64,000 nt of DNA from an uncultured delta proteobacterium (GCA_963789115.1 CAWBJH010000001.1:72816-136815); one strand, 5' to 3'; counted from the stretch's first letter, positions 21,040 through 31,117 are shown. Made by a program: numbers and translations. Notes: generated by a model not told the origin, from the letters alone.

Positions 21040-22901
21040 ATAGGGGGTAGCGGCGGACCGCTACTCCCCTGCCACACCACCGGACATGCGGGTCCGCATC
21101 CGGCGGTTCGGAAGGTTGAGGTTAATCGGCAAGGCGAGGAACTCCGAGTCGGTCGTAGTAGCGGATGGTGAGTCCGGTCTGGACCAGCTTGGCAGCGCGA
21201 TACCACCAGCGCCGTCCGGTGACAGCGGCCTCGGCCGCCGCGACGTGAGGCAGTCCGAGTCTACGCAGCTCGGTGTAGATTTTGGGGCCACGCTTCCACT
21301 GCTTGAGTTGCAGCGCACGCAGACGATGGCGAATCCACTTGTCGTGGTCAGCGAAGGCTCCCGGTGTATCCGCCAGTTGGAAGTACTGCTTCCATCCCGG
21401 CAGATAGCTCCGTAGCTCCGCCACCACCGTGCGCAGACTTCGCCCGCCGCTGCGCCGGGTAATCTGGCGCACCCGTTGCCTGAGCATCGCGGTGGCCTTG
21501 GGAGCGACGCGGCGCATGACCGCACCGCCCTTGCCGTACCAGAAGCTGAAGCCAAGCAAGCTCCGCTTCGATACCGGCGCCACCGCGCTCTTTTCGCGGT
21601 TGACTCGTAGCCGGAGCCGCGCGTACAGACGCTCCAGCGCCGTCATTACCCGCTCGCCCGCGCGCTTGGACCGCACGTACACATTGCAGTCGTCGGCATA
21701 GCGGACGAAGGCATGGCCGCGCTTCTCCAACTCCTTGTCGACCTCGTCGAGCAGCAGATTGGCCAGCAGCGGTGACAGTGGTCCGCCCTGCGGCGTCCCC
21801 TCCAGGCGCTCCACCACTACCCCGTTGGCCATCATGCCGGCCTTGAGGTAGCGGCGGATTAATCGCAGCAGGCGGCTGTCGCCGACTCTTCTCGCCAGCC
21901 TTCCCATCAGCACATCGTGATTGACGCGGTCGAAGAATTTCTCCAAGTCCACGTCCACCACCCAGCGCCGGCCTTCCCTGACGTAGCGCTGCGCGGATAA
22001 AACCGCGTCGTGGGCGCTGCGCCCCGGTCGAAAGCCGAAGCTGTGCTCCGAGAAGCTGGGGTCGAATAGCGGCTGCAGCACCTGCAGGATGGCCTGTTGG
22101 ATAAGCCGGTCGAGCACGCACGGGATGCCCAGTTCGCGCATCCCGCCGCCCGACTTGGGAATCTCCTGCCGCCGCACCGGTTTCGGCTGGTAGGTGCCGC
22201 CCAGCAGTTGCTCGCGCACCCCTGACCAGCGCTCCATCAAGCATTGCGGCAGTTCTTCCACTGTCATCCCATCGACCCCGGGGCTGCCCCGGTTCTCCCG
22301 CACCCGCGCCAACGCCGCCTTGACGTTGCCGCGCGCGACCACCTGCTCCATCAGGTGGTCGTCTCCCGAGCGCACCTTCCCGTTCGTCATCGTCGGCGCT
22401 TCGCCACTTCGCCCAGCCCTCGGAGCTTCACTCCTGGGCTTGAACGCAAGTTCCGCTTGCGCGGAGTTCCGGCGCCTGGCGCGGTTCGGACTCACGATGG
22501 TTTCGCTCTCCCTTCCGTTCGGCCCTTCACCAACTCGGCTTTCAAGGCCCTGCCCTCTCCGGCTGGCTACTACGGCCTCGGCTGACTTCTCGCGCCGCCT
22601 TATGGCGTCACCCTTCCAGGCGCAGGGCGAGATCTCCCCAGGTAAGACTCCGTGACCTTCCCCGCACAACCGCCGGATCTACGCAGTGGCTCCTTGGCCG
22701 CGAGGGCTTCGCGGTCTTTTGCCCGCTCGCCCTGAGCCACCGCGCCTTGTATCCGATTCCTGTTCGTCGGCTCGCGGGTTTGCTCCACGCTTCTTTCAGC
22801 GATTGCCTCGCGGCTCATCGCCTTGCGCTTCGCTAGTGCTCGCTGCGGTCTGCTCACACAGGGGACTTTCACCTCACAAGTCACGCGTCGTGCTGGGCAC
22901 A
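21040..22901 (-). mobile_element. Bacterial class C (IIC) group II intron, about 1.86 kb, with boundaries approximate at the 3' end
   Basis: The 5' GUGUG lies directly after the U-tract of a rho-independent terminator. The RT/maturase ORF is internal. Domain V- and VI-like hairpins lie downstream of the ORF at about 21030-21095. Confidence 0.75.
21122..22390 (-). CDS. Group II intron reverse transcriptase/maturase, about 422 aa, with no endonuclease domain
   Basis: RT motifs including YADD and a C-terminal X/maturase region. The start is set to MTNGKVRS. The upstream part of the long ORF covers intron RNA domains I-III. Confidence 0.85.
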   Translation of the reverse strand: MTNGKVRSGDDHLMEQVVARGNVKAALARVRENRGSPGVDGMTVEELPQCLMERWSGVREQLLGGTYQPKPVRRQEIPKSGGGMRELGIPCVLDRLIQQAILQVLQPLFDPSFSEHSFGFRPGRSAHDAVLSAQRYVREGRRWVVDVDLEKFFDRVNHDVLMGRLARRVGDSRLLRLIRRYLKAGMMANGVVVERLEGTPQGGPLSPLLANLLLDEVDKELEKRGHAFVRYADDCNVYVRSKRAGERVMTALERLYARLRLRVNREKSAVAPVSKRSLLGFSFWYGKGGAVMRRVAPKATAMLRQRVRQITRRSGGRSLRTVVAELRSYLPGWKQYFQLADTPGAFADHDKWIRHRLRALQLKQWKRGPKIYTELRRLGLPHVAAAEAAVTGRRWWYRAAKLVQTGLTIRYYDRLGVPRLAD

Positions 22902-22940
22902 CAAAAACGGGCGGGCGGCGGATTCTTCCGCCGCGCGCCC
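22902..22940 (-). terminator. Rho-independent terminator of the lipoprotein gene, which is also the IIC intron target hairpin
   Basis: GGGCGCGCGGCGG-aagaauc-CCGCCGCCCGCCC followed by UUUUUG, then the intron 5' GUGUG. Confidence 0.7.
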
Positions 22941-23016
22941 GAGACTGGATTTCCGCTGCAGCTCCGGCAACTGGACGCGCCCTCCGGCCTTGAGGGCTTG
23001 ATCGCCCTACCTTTTC

Positions 23017-23376
23017 CTACCGGAGGTTCTGCTTGGGGACGAAGCCCTGGTAACCTTTGAAGGGCCCTTCGAGCAATTCGACGCGAGCGCCCACTGAATC
23101 TCTCGCGATTATCCTGACCCGCGTCGCCTGCTCCGCGTCTTTGGACTCCCCGCCGCGCACCATCCCGTCCAGCATCGACACGAAGCTCCTCTGGCCATCG
23201 GTCATCGGGCCTTTCATCGCCCTTCGAATGTCAAGCGCGGCCTTGTAGATTTCCTCGTTCTGATAGACTTTGACCGTATGCTCGTCCCTGCCGGCAACTA
23301 ATCGATGGCTGCATCCGCATGCGCCAAGCGCGATTACGAGAACGGCCACACTGAGACCAAACTTGCGAAAACCCAT
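23017..23376 (-). CDS. Small lipoprotein, hypothetical
   Basis: MGFRKFGLSVAVLVIALGACGC lipobox, 119 aa. Confidence 0.6.
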   Translation of the reverse strand: MGFRKFGLSVAVLVIALGACGCSHRLVAGRDEHTVKVYQNEEIYKAALDIRRAMKGPMTDGQRSFVSMLDGMVRGGESKDAEQATRVRIIARDSVGARVELLEGPFKGYQGFVPKQNLR

Positions 23377-23552
23377 TTTTCATTTCCCCGCTCGATAAGA
23401 AGTCATACGCGAGTCGCTCGAGCTTCATGCATATGAGGGATCAAAACCGCCGGCGGACACACCGTTGCCGGGTGCCCGCCGGTGCCCTCCTGCCGAAGAG
23501 TGCGCAGGCTTACGTTACAGTTGTAATGCCGTCTGCGACGCCTCTCCGCTGC

Positions 23553-24509
23553 TTATTGGGCCAGCTTGGAATGCACGGTACCTGACGCCCAAAGATCGCC
23601 GAAGACACCGAACGACTCTGTGACCGGCGACGTCGTCCGTGGCAGGTTGGCGAACTCCACGTGTGAAACAATGTCGACCTTCGGGTCGTTGCAGCACTCG
23701 GCGAAAGAATTTGCGCTGCCGCAAATGCCGAAGGCCGAAATATAGAAGTGGATCACCGCTGACGAGCCAGAATCGTTGGCGAAAGGAAGAGTCGCCGTCT
23801 GTACGGCCTCCGTACTGGTGACGTAGCCGCCGCCGCCGGGATTGAGGCAGGTTCCGTTTCCCGCACCAGTGCAACACGCATACGGCGCACCAGCTCCGGT
23901 GCAGCTACTGTTACTGGTGGTACCCAACCACTGGTTGGCGCAGTTGTACGGTGATTTGGTGCCGGGCAAAGTCCCAGTGCATTCCAGTTTGCATCTCGCA
24001 TCCTCCGAGGCGGCCTTGGGGCCCCCGCAGATCCGAGTGGTGAAGCCTGTGGCGGTCGGGTTAAAAACCTGAATGTCCTTCGTTTCGGTGAATGGGCCGT
24101 CGTAGAACACATTGAAGTCCCCTTCGCCGACGAGACTTCCGGCACCGTCGTAAGTGATCTGCATCACTCCGCTCATTTTGGAATCCGGCCCGAACACAAG
24201 GCCCTTGAGCACGGCAGCCGCTTCCGATTCGCTAACCCCGGTAGGAAAGGTGAGGCTTGAGCTGCACTTTCCGTGCGTACCAAAGTCCACACCCAGTTCG
24301 TGTACGGCAGCCTGGAGGCCCGCGCTCGGGGCTCCAAACGCGGACCCCGAAGCCGAGTCGTTCAGGTCCGCTTCAAACTCTGAAACGTAGGTCCCGGTGA
24401 TATTGGCGTCGCTGAACGTGTTCGCCGCCATCGCCTCAACCGGGGTCATCACCGACCCAGCGAATGCCGCAGCCAGAACACAACAGAACAGTTTCCTGAT
24501 TTTCATCAA
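23553..24509 (-). CDS. Secreted Cys-rich protein of unknown function, with about 20 Cys in the mature part. The gene is lower in GC than its surroundings
   Basis: Signal peptide MMKIRKLFCCVLAAAFAGSVMTPVEAMA, then Gly/Ser/Thr/Cys-rich stretches (CTGAGAPYACCTGAGNGTC, AECCNDP). No family recognised. Confidence 0.6.
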   Translation of the reverse strand: MMKIRKLFCCVLAAAFAGSVMTPVEAMAANTFSDANITGTYVSEFEADLNDSASGSAFGAPSAGLQAAVHELGVDFGTHGKCSSSLTFPTGVSESEAAAVLKGLVFGPDSKMSGVMQITYDGAGSLVGEGDFNVFYDGPFTETKDIQVFNPTATGFTTRICGGPKAASEDARCKLECTGTLPGTKSPYNCANQWLGTTSNSSCTGAGAPYACCTGAGNGTCLNPGGGGYVTSTEAVQTATLPFANDSGSSAVIHFYISAFGICGSANSFAECCNDPKVDIVSHVEFANLPRTTSPVTESFGVFGDLWASGTVHSKLAQ

Positions 24510-24841
24510 AAGCTCCTTTCGGTGTTCATTGCGCCGGAAAATTCCGTGGCCTTCGCTTTTAGCAAGAGATGATGACTGGCCGGTGACGCCGTCGCGAATC
24601 TTCTATGAAGCGACGATCACGAAAGGGTGACTCCTTTTGACCCAGGTTTAGGCCGCTAATTGTTGCGCTCGCTTCTGCCCTGGAATCTTCGCGTGAAAAT
24701 CTTAGTGCTGTCTTCTTCCAAGCGTCACAAGTACGTAACCACCCCTCGCTAAGCTCAACCCGTACATCGTTCGGCGGCCGCGGGGGGCGCGGGGTGACCT
24801 CCCTGCCCGTGCCCCTCGAGCGGCCAGCCGTAGCAGGAGGC

Positions 24842-26722
24842 GACATGAAACCAAGAGTCTCGAAAGCCTTTGTGCCGAGCGCAGGGTCGGGGGTTGTTCG
24901 CCGCGCGATCCTGGCGGCGGCGCTGATCTGGTTGGTGGCGTCGTGGTCGACGGCGGTATGGGCGACTATCATACAGGGTGACTTCTCGATCTTCGGGGAT
25001 CTCAGCTCAAGATGGTCTGGGCGATGGGGTGAGGGCTCGGCGCAGGGCGGCACCTCGTCGGATATATCCAATGCCATTCCCGGCAACGCGCCGACCGAGA
25101 CCGGCGGCAGCTTCGACTTCAGTCACTGGGATCTGGTCCAGGCCCGCCAGATAGTCAACGTGCGGCCCGACTATCATTTCGTCAAGAATTACAAGCTGCT
25201 GGACCGGATCGATTTGCCGCTGCTCAAGGACGCGGACTTCTTCGCGATCTATCGCGGCTGGTACGATGCGTTCCCTGATCTCAAGCCTGACGGGCGCGCC
25301 GAGACCGCCCGCGACTGGAGCGCTTACACCGAGAAGGACAAGATAGACGAGTTCGAGCGCGACGACCTGCGGGAATACTATGGTCAGCTCAACTTCAGCG
25401 ACAACTTCTCGATGCGAGTGGGCAAGCAGCAGGTGATCTGGTCGGAGGCCGACGCGCTGTCGGGCACCGACGTAACGAATCCCACCGACTATCGCTATCA
25501 CTGGAACCATTTTGAGTCGGCTGAGGACCTGCGCGAGAACCTGCGGATGGTGAAGCTCGACTACATCCTGCCCGACTTCCTGAAGACCGCCAGCAACCAG
25601 CTTGAACTCTTCTGGATCCCCGGCGACTGGGAACACGGTGCGCTCATCGTCAATAGTACCGAAGATGCGCGCAGCCCGTACGTGGCCCCGGTGGCGCTGA
25701 ATGCGGCCAGCTATGAAAACCAGTCCGGGGAACCCTACCGCAGCCAGCTCTTTGGCGACGACGGCGCGGCGCCGATGACAACGCTCGGGCCTCTAAAGAC
25801 GTGGTTTCTCGACCTGCACACCATCTATTACCAGAACAAAATTCCCAACTCGCTTGCCAGCAGCGAGGGTGGCGCTCGCTACTCGACCCTACTACCGATC
25901 GGGAATGGCCTCCAGACCAGCTTGATCTGGCTATACGAGGCGCGCAGCGACAAGGAAGGATTTTGCCTGACCTGCGGGATGCCGGCCGGGGCGCAGCCCT
26001 TGTTCAAGTCGGGCGGTCCCCCCGGCTCCTACCTGCTTTTCAATGTGTGGGACTACGGTCCGCCACGCATGTCGAATAACGTGGGGACCATCCGGGTGCC
26101 CGTGCAGATCGAGTATGTCCGCCAGAATTACTTCGACATGACTGGGACCTACTATGACAAGGATTTGACCGATATGGTCTATCGCTACGACTTCCTCTAT
26201 TCTCCCAAGATCGGTTCGGCCTTCTTCTGCGGAAGCCAGAAACAGCCGAGCGGAGTCGTTTCAGGCTCCTACTTCGATGACAGCTGTACCCGCTGGACCG
26301 AGTTCACGCGCTGGATCGTGGCCGCCGACCGGCCGACCTACATTCCGTGGCTGTCCAAGCAGCACACCTTCCTCACCGCGCAGAACACGGTGACCTGGTA
26401 TCCGGATCGGCACCAGAACGCGGTGCCTTACTTTCCCACCGACGTTGGAAAGCTGCGCGAGATCAGTAACTTTTTCTTCCTGGGGGCGACAAACTGGCTA
26501 ATGAACGGCCAGTGGACGGCGCTGAACGTCTTGGAATGGGATTGGGACAACAATTGCGGTGCGCTCTCCTCGACAAACTCATACCGTTACTCGGAAAATG
26601 TGCTGTTCGGCCTCAACGCGGTTTGGTACGTGGGACGAAGCGGCCGCTTTACCGACCCCTACGCGCTCAGCCGCGCCCAGCGGGACAACGAACTCGAGTT
26701 TCGCTTCACTTATGAACTCTGA
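24842..26722 (+). CDS. DUF1302-like outer-membrane protein, predicted beta-barrel
   Basis: About 625 aa with a signal peptide, rich in aromatic and Gly/Asn/Asp residues like beta-barrel proteins. The start is set at the ATG after AGGAGG. The assignment is from memory of the family and partner context. Confidence 0.5.
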   Translation, partial: DMKPRVSKAFVPSAGSGVVRRAILAAALIWLVASWSTAVWATIIQGDFSIFGDLSSRWSGRWGEGSAQGGTSSDISNAIPGNAPTETGGSFDFSHWDLVQARQIVNVRPDYHFVKNYKLLDRIDLPLLKDADFFAIYRGWYDAFPDLKPDGRAETARDWSAYTEKDKIDEFERDDLREYYGQLNFSDNFSMRVGKQQVIWSEADALSGTDVTNPTDYRYHWNHFESAEDLRENLRMVKLDYILPDFLKTASNQLELFWIPGDWEHGALIVNSTEDARSPYVAPVALNAASYENQSGEPYRSQLFGDDGAAPMTTLGPLKTWFLDLHTIYYQNKIPNSLASSEGGARYSTLLPIGNGLQTSLIWLYEARSDKEGFCLTCGMPAGAQPLFKSGGPPGSYLLFNVWDYGPPRMSNNVGTIRVPVQIEYVRQNYFDMTGTYYDKDLTDMVYRYDFLYSPKIGSAFFCGSQKQPSGVVSGSYFDDSCTRWTEFTRWIVAADRPTYIPWLSKQHTFLTAQNTVTWYPDRHQNAVPYFPTDVGKLREISNFFFLGATNWLMNGQWTALNVLEWDWDNNCGALSSTNSYRYSENVLFGLNAVWYVGRSGRFTDPYALSRAQRDNELEFRFTYEL

Positions 26723-26759
26723 GCCCGGAGCTGGGTGGAGCAGGTGGTGCGATGCCGTC

Positions 26760-27475
26760 CGGAAAACTGCCGCATCCCAGATTTCGACCGGAAGCGACGC
26801 CGAGGAACGGCTGTGGTTTGCGGTCCTCGCACAAGGACTTAAGGACTTCATCAGCGGCGGACGCGACGCTCGAGGTGGCGCCAGGAGCCAGAAGTCTCCC
26901 ACAGCGTGTAGTCGAGACGCCGAACTCTGGCTTTTTGACGACTCCTGGCGAGTTGGCGGCTTTATGTGGGTCGCCGACCTTTGCGCTGTCGACCCCGAGG
27001 TTGTCCGAGGACGGCTGCTCGAGGAAGGTCGCCTGAACGGAGGTGAGACACGGGCTCCAGCCGCATCGCAGCGAAAGTTTCAAGCTCTCCTCGGACCCGT
27101 TCTTCGTCGAGAAGGTTCGCGGCATCGTAGGACTTTATGGCAATCCTCCGGACAAGGCGCTGGTGCTGGGCCTCGACGAAAAGAGCCAAATCCAGGCGCT
27201 GGAATGCAGCCAGGCGGTGCTACCGATGGGGCTGGGCTACGTCGAATGCGCGACCCACGACTACTATTGCCACGGTACCACCACCCTGTTTGCAGCGCTC
27301 AACATTCTGGACGGTTCGGTGATCCGGCAGTGCAAGCCGCGCCATCGTCACCAGGAGTTACTCTTTCATGCAGGGTGGTTCTGCCAGCGGCCAAGTGTCT
27401 CGTCTCGAAAATCGTTTTTCCGCATCCTGCCAGGGCCTGCCAACCACCCAAGGCGAACTCCGGGCTAATCAGTCG
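26760..27475 (+). pseudogene. IS630-family transposase remnant, truncated and frameshifted
   Basis: ...[50 protein letters not shown]... matches the IS630 transposase core. The second half of the DDE domain is missing. Upstream pieces lie in other frames. Confidence 0.65.
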
Positions 27476-27483
27476 CAAGCCCC

Positions 27484-28806
27484 TTACGGTGCCGCTCTGA
27501 CCATCGCCTCCACCGTGCAGAACTGCTTGTCCACAGCGCCCATGTTGATGTACCAGCATTCGCGCTCGGGCGTTTGCTGGCCGGGCAGGTAGCACATCGA
27601 GGCGTATCCGCCCTGAACGTCGTAGGAACCGGCGCCGACAATGAATTCGCGCTTGAAGGGATAGACCGCCACCCTTGCGTCAGGCACCGGACGGTCGCGG
27701 TAGGTCAGCCAGTAGATATGGGTGCGCCAGAGTTGCCCGCGCCGGTCGTAGGTATCGATGTATGGTTCGAACCAGACTTCGGAGTCGAGGTACACGACCG
27801 TGCGCGAGTCGAGCGCGCGACTGGCCTGGCCGACATCGCGCCGCGGCGTGGCCTCGACCACGTACATGTGGCGCAACTCCCAGTTCTCCGGGCAGGCGGA
27901 GGCGCCGCCGTCGTACGGGCAGGTTACCTCGGGCGAATGAATGGCGTGCACGCAGCCGAGCATCTCCTTTTCCCCCAGGAAGCGGTAGTCGTACTGCTCG
28001 GTCTTGGGATTAAAGCCCGAGTAGTGGTCAGCGTCATGCGTCTGGGCAGAACTGGCGGTGCTCAGGATCGACTCGTCGAGCCGGCGCACGCGCCGCGAAC
28101 CCGGCGACCAAGTCCAGCTATCGTCGCCCCGATTCGGGTCCGCGTAGCGAAAGCGGATAAGTCCGTCACCGCGGTCTTCGGCGGGCGCGAGGATCGGATA
28201 AAGCGCGAACAGCCAGAGCCGATTGGACTGCTTGAAGTCGGGATCGGCAGGCAGCGGCTCGACCTCGGTACGCCCCACCAGGTTGTAGCCCGCGTAATGA
28301 CCAACCACGATACGCTCGACGACTCGCCTTGAGCGGCCGGGAGAAACGTACTCGCTCGGGCAGTCGAAAAAGCGCAGGTCGTAGTCGTCGGACCCCGCAG
28401 GGCGGAAAACGTTGTTCCAGATGATTTTGGTTGCGGCGTACGGATCGTTAACGTCGATCAGCGGGAAGGGCTGACCAGCGACATAGCCGACGAGGCTGCG
28501 ATGTGCAGAGTCGAGGCTCACCTGGCTCGAGTACTTTTCGGTCGCTTCCGTGTACGGCGGCGGCCAATCGACTCGCTCGGTCGGCACGATGTTCATCCGC
28601 ATGTCGTGCTTCACCATGTACAGCACGCCTGGTGACACCAAATCCTTGACCCGGTCGGCGTCTTGCGCCGAGATGACATCGCCGGGTCTGACGCCGGCCT
28701 GCGCGCCCGCGCCAAGGAGCGCGGCTTCGACGAGCAGAGCGGCCCCGCCGAGGAGCAATTTGCGTCTCCAATGCTGAATCATACTGGCTTGCCCTCCGAG
28801 CACCAT
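27484..28806 (-). CDS. DUF1329-like periplasmic protein with a LolA-like fold, partner of DUF1302
   Basis: 440 aa with a signal peptide. The N-terminal pattern is ISAQDADRVKDLVSPGVLYMVKHDMRMNIVPT. There is a GAGGAAA RBS. It sits 3' of macAB on the same strand. Confidence 0.5.
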   Translation of the reverse strand: MVLGGQASMIQHWRRKLLLGGAALLVEAALLGAGAQAGVRPGDVISAQDADRVKDLVSPGVLYMVKHDMRMNIVPTERVDWPPPYTEATEKYSSQVSLDSAHRSLVGYVAGQPFPLIDVNDPYAATKIIWNNVFRPAGSDDYDLRFFDCPSEYVSPGRSRRVVERIVVGHYAGYNLVGRTEVEPLPADPDFKQSNRLWLFALYPILAPAEDRGDGLIRFRYADPNRGDDSWTWSPGSRRVRRLDESILSTASSAQTHDADHYSGFNPKTEQYDYRFLGEKEMLGCVHAIHSPEVTCPYDGGASACPENWELRHMYVVEATPRRDVGQASRALDSRTVVYLDSEVWFEPYIDTYDRRGQLWRTHIYWLTYRDRPVPDARVAVYPFKREFIVGAGSYDVQGGYASMCYLPGQQTPERECWYINMGAVDKQFCTVEAMVRAAP

Positions 28807-28960
28807 GAGAGATTTTCCTCAAGGTCTTGGATTCCCGCTGCTGTCGCGGCAATGGCGCAGTACCCCAGCCTTGAGGGTTGGTCCCGTTTAGCCAATTGCG
28901 CGAGACGGGTTCAACCACGAATGTGTGAACGTTTCGTGTCTTGCGCGAGACCTGGATCGG

Positions 28961-31102
28961 TCACTCGTAGCGGAGGGCCTCGATCGGGTTCAGCATCGAG
29001 GCTTTGTACGCCGGGTAATAGCCGAAGAACACGCCGACCGCGGCAGCGAAGGCGAATCCGCCCACGACCGCCGCCGGCGAAATCAGCGTCGGCCATTGCG
29101 CCAGCGCCGACAGCACCTTGGAGGCGACTATGCCCAGGGCTACGCCGGCAAGCCCGCCCATCGCGCTGAGCAGCGCCGACTCGACCAGGAACTGCAACAG
29201 GATGTGCAGGCGGCGCGCCCCGATCGCCATCCGAATCCCGATCTCGCGCGTGCGCTCGGTCACCGACACCAGCATGATGTTCATGATCCCGATCCCGCCC
29301 ACCAGCAGCGAAATCGAGGCGACCGCCGCCAGCAGCAGCGTCATGACCCGGGTGGCGCTCTCGGAGGCCTGCGCGATTTCGTTGAGACTGCGCACGGTGA
29401 AGTCGTCGTCCTGCCCGGGTTGAATGTGATGGCGGCGATGCAGCACCTGCTGGACCTCGTCCTGCGCCGCGCCGACATCCTGGGCGTCACGCGCCTTGAT
29501 GAAGATCATGTTGACGACCCCGGAGATCTTGGGCGGGCTCCCGAACGGGCTGATGATTGTGGTACCCGACTGGTACACCGGGTTCTGGGCAGTCGTGATC
29601 GGGACGTTGAGGTAAGGATTCAGGACCGGATTGGTCGACCCCGTGGTGCTCGACGGCACGCTGGCGCTGACCTGTGAGGTGCCCAGCACCTTTCGCTCGG
29701 CCGTACTGAACGGAAGGAGCACGACGTTGTCCTGGTCCTGGCCGTAGCCGGATTGGCCTTTGACCGCGAGTACTCCCACCACGCGCAGCGGAAAATTCTT
29801 GACCCGGACCGCGGTGCCGACCGGATTTTCGCCCGGCACGTAGAGATTGTTCACCACCGACTGGCCGAGCAGGCATACCGGCGCTGCGCTGCGCGTCTCC
29901 TCGTCCGTGAAGTTGCGCCCGGCGGCGACCGGCCAGTCGCGGATCGTGAGGTAGGCGGGCGTCGTGCCGTTGATGCCGGTGCTCCAGTTCTGGTTGCCGT
30001 AGACGACCTGCGTCACCTGGCGGTCGATATAACTCACCGCGGCAACCGTGTGCACTTCCTTCTGGATCGCCTCGGCGTCGGCCACGGTCAGGGTCGAGGT
30101 ACTGCCGGAGCCGACGCGCACGCCGCTGGACGTGGTGGCGCCGGGCAGGATGACCAGCAGGTTCGTTCCCAAGCTCTGGATCTGCTGCTCGACCGAGTAG
30201 CGCGCGCCGTCACCCACCGCAACCATCGCGATCACCGCGGCTACGCCGATGAAGATACCGAGCATCGTGAGCACCGCGCGCGTCTTGTTGCGGTTAAGCG
30301 CCCGCGAGGCCGCGCTCAGCGCCATCGCGCCGAACGTCCACGCCCCGCCGCCCCGTCGCGCCGCCGCCGCGTCGGCCGGCGCCGCGATTGACGGCGCGGC
30401 GGCGGGGGCGATTTGGCCCTTGCGCTGGTCCGAGACAATCGCCCCGTCGCGGAAAGTCACCACGCGATCGGCGTAAGCGGCAACGTCGGCATCGTGGGTC
30501 ACCACGATCACCGTGATGCCGTGCTCGCGGTTCAGCCGGCTGATGATTTCCATGATCTCGCGCGAGTTGGTCGAGTCGAGATTGCCGGTGGGCTCGTCGG
30601 CCAGCAGGATCGCGGGCTCGTTGACGAGCGCGCGCGCGATCGCGACGCGTTGCTGCTGGCCGCCGGAGAGCTGGTTGGGATTGTTCTGCCCACGTCCCTG
30701 GAGCCCGAGCATTTCGAGCAGCTTCTCGGCGCGTTCCTTTCTGTCGCTGTTCCATTGCGAGGAGTAAAACAGCGGCAGCTCGACGTTCTCGAGCGCCGTC
30801 GTCCGCGAGAGCAGGTTGAAAGTCTGAAAGACGAAGCCGATCCGCCGGCTGCGGACCGCCGCCAATTCCTGTTCACTGAGCGAGGCGACGTCGACGCCTT
30901 CGAGCAGGTAGCTGCCCCCCGTCGGCTGGTCCAGGCATCCGATGATATTCATCAACGTGGACTTGCCCGAACCCGAGGCGCCCATGACCGCGACAAACTC
31001 GCCGCGCTCCACGCGCAGGTTCACGCCGATGAGCGCGCGCACCTCGATCTCGCCCATCTGGTAGGTCTTGTCCAGACCGACGATCTCGATAACCGGAACC
31101 AT
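28961..31102 (-). CDS. macB: MacB-type ABC transporter with fused ATPase and FtsX-like permease
   Basis: Walker A motif GASGSGKST, LSGGQQQRVAIARAL signature, then a permease with a large periplasmic loop and four TM helices. Confidence 0.85.
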   Translation of the reverse strand: MVPVIEIVGLDKTYQMGEIEVRALIGVNLRVERGEFVAVMGASGSGKSTLMNIIGCLDQPTGGSYLLEGVDVASLSEQELAAVRSRRIGFVFQTFNLLSRTTALENVELPLFYSSQWNSDRKERAEKLLEMLGLQGRGQNNPNQLSGGQQQRVAIARALVNEPAILLADEPTGNLDSTNSREIMEIISRLNREHGITVIVVTHDADVAAYADRVVTFRDGAIVSDQRKGQIAPAAAPSIAAPADAAAARRGGGAWTFGAMALSAASRALNRNKTRAVLTMLGIFIGVAAVIAMVAVGDGARYSVEQQIQSLGTNLLVILPGATTSSGVRVGSGSTSTLTVADAEAIQKEVHTVAAVSYIDRQVTQVVYGNQNWSTGINGTTPAYLTIRDWPVAAGRNFTDEETRSAAPVCLLGQSVVNNLYVPGENPVGTAVRVKNFPLRVVGVLAVKGQSGYGQDQDNVVLLPFSTAERKVLGTSQVSASVPSSTTGSTNPVLNPYLNVPITTAQNPVYQSGTTIISPFGSPPKISGVVNMIFIKARDAQDVGAAQDEVQQVLHRRHHIQPGQDDDFTVRSLNEIAQASESATRVMTLLLAAVASISLLVGGIGIMNIMLVSVTERTREIGIRMAIGARRLHILLQFLVESALLSAMGGLAGVALGIVASKVLSALAQWPTLISPAAVVGGFAFAAAVGVFFGYYPAYKASMLNPIEALRYE

Positions 31103-31117
31103 CGCGGTCCCTGACCC

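Noticed and set aside
21348-22655. ORFs 21348-22244 (-) and 22194-22655 (+) inside the group II intron
   Set aside because: They overlap the RT/maturase frame or the structured intron RNA domains I-III. They are Arg/Ala-rich with no motifs
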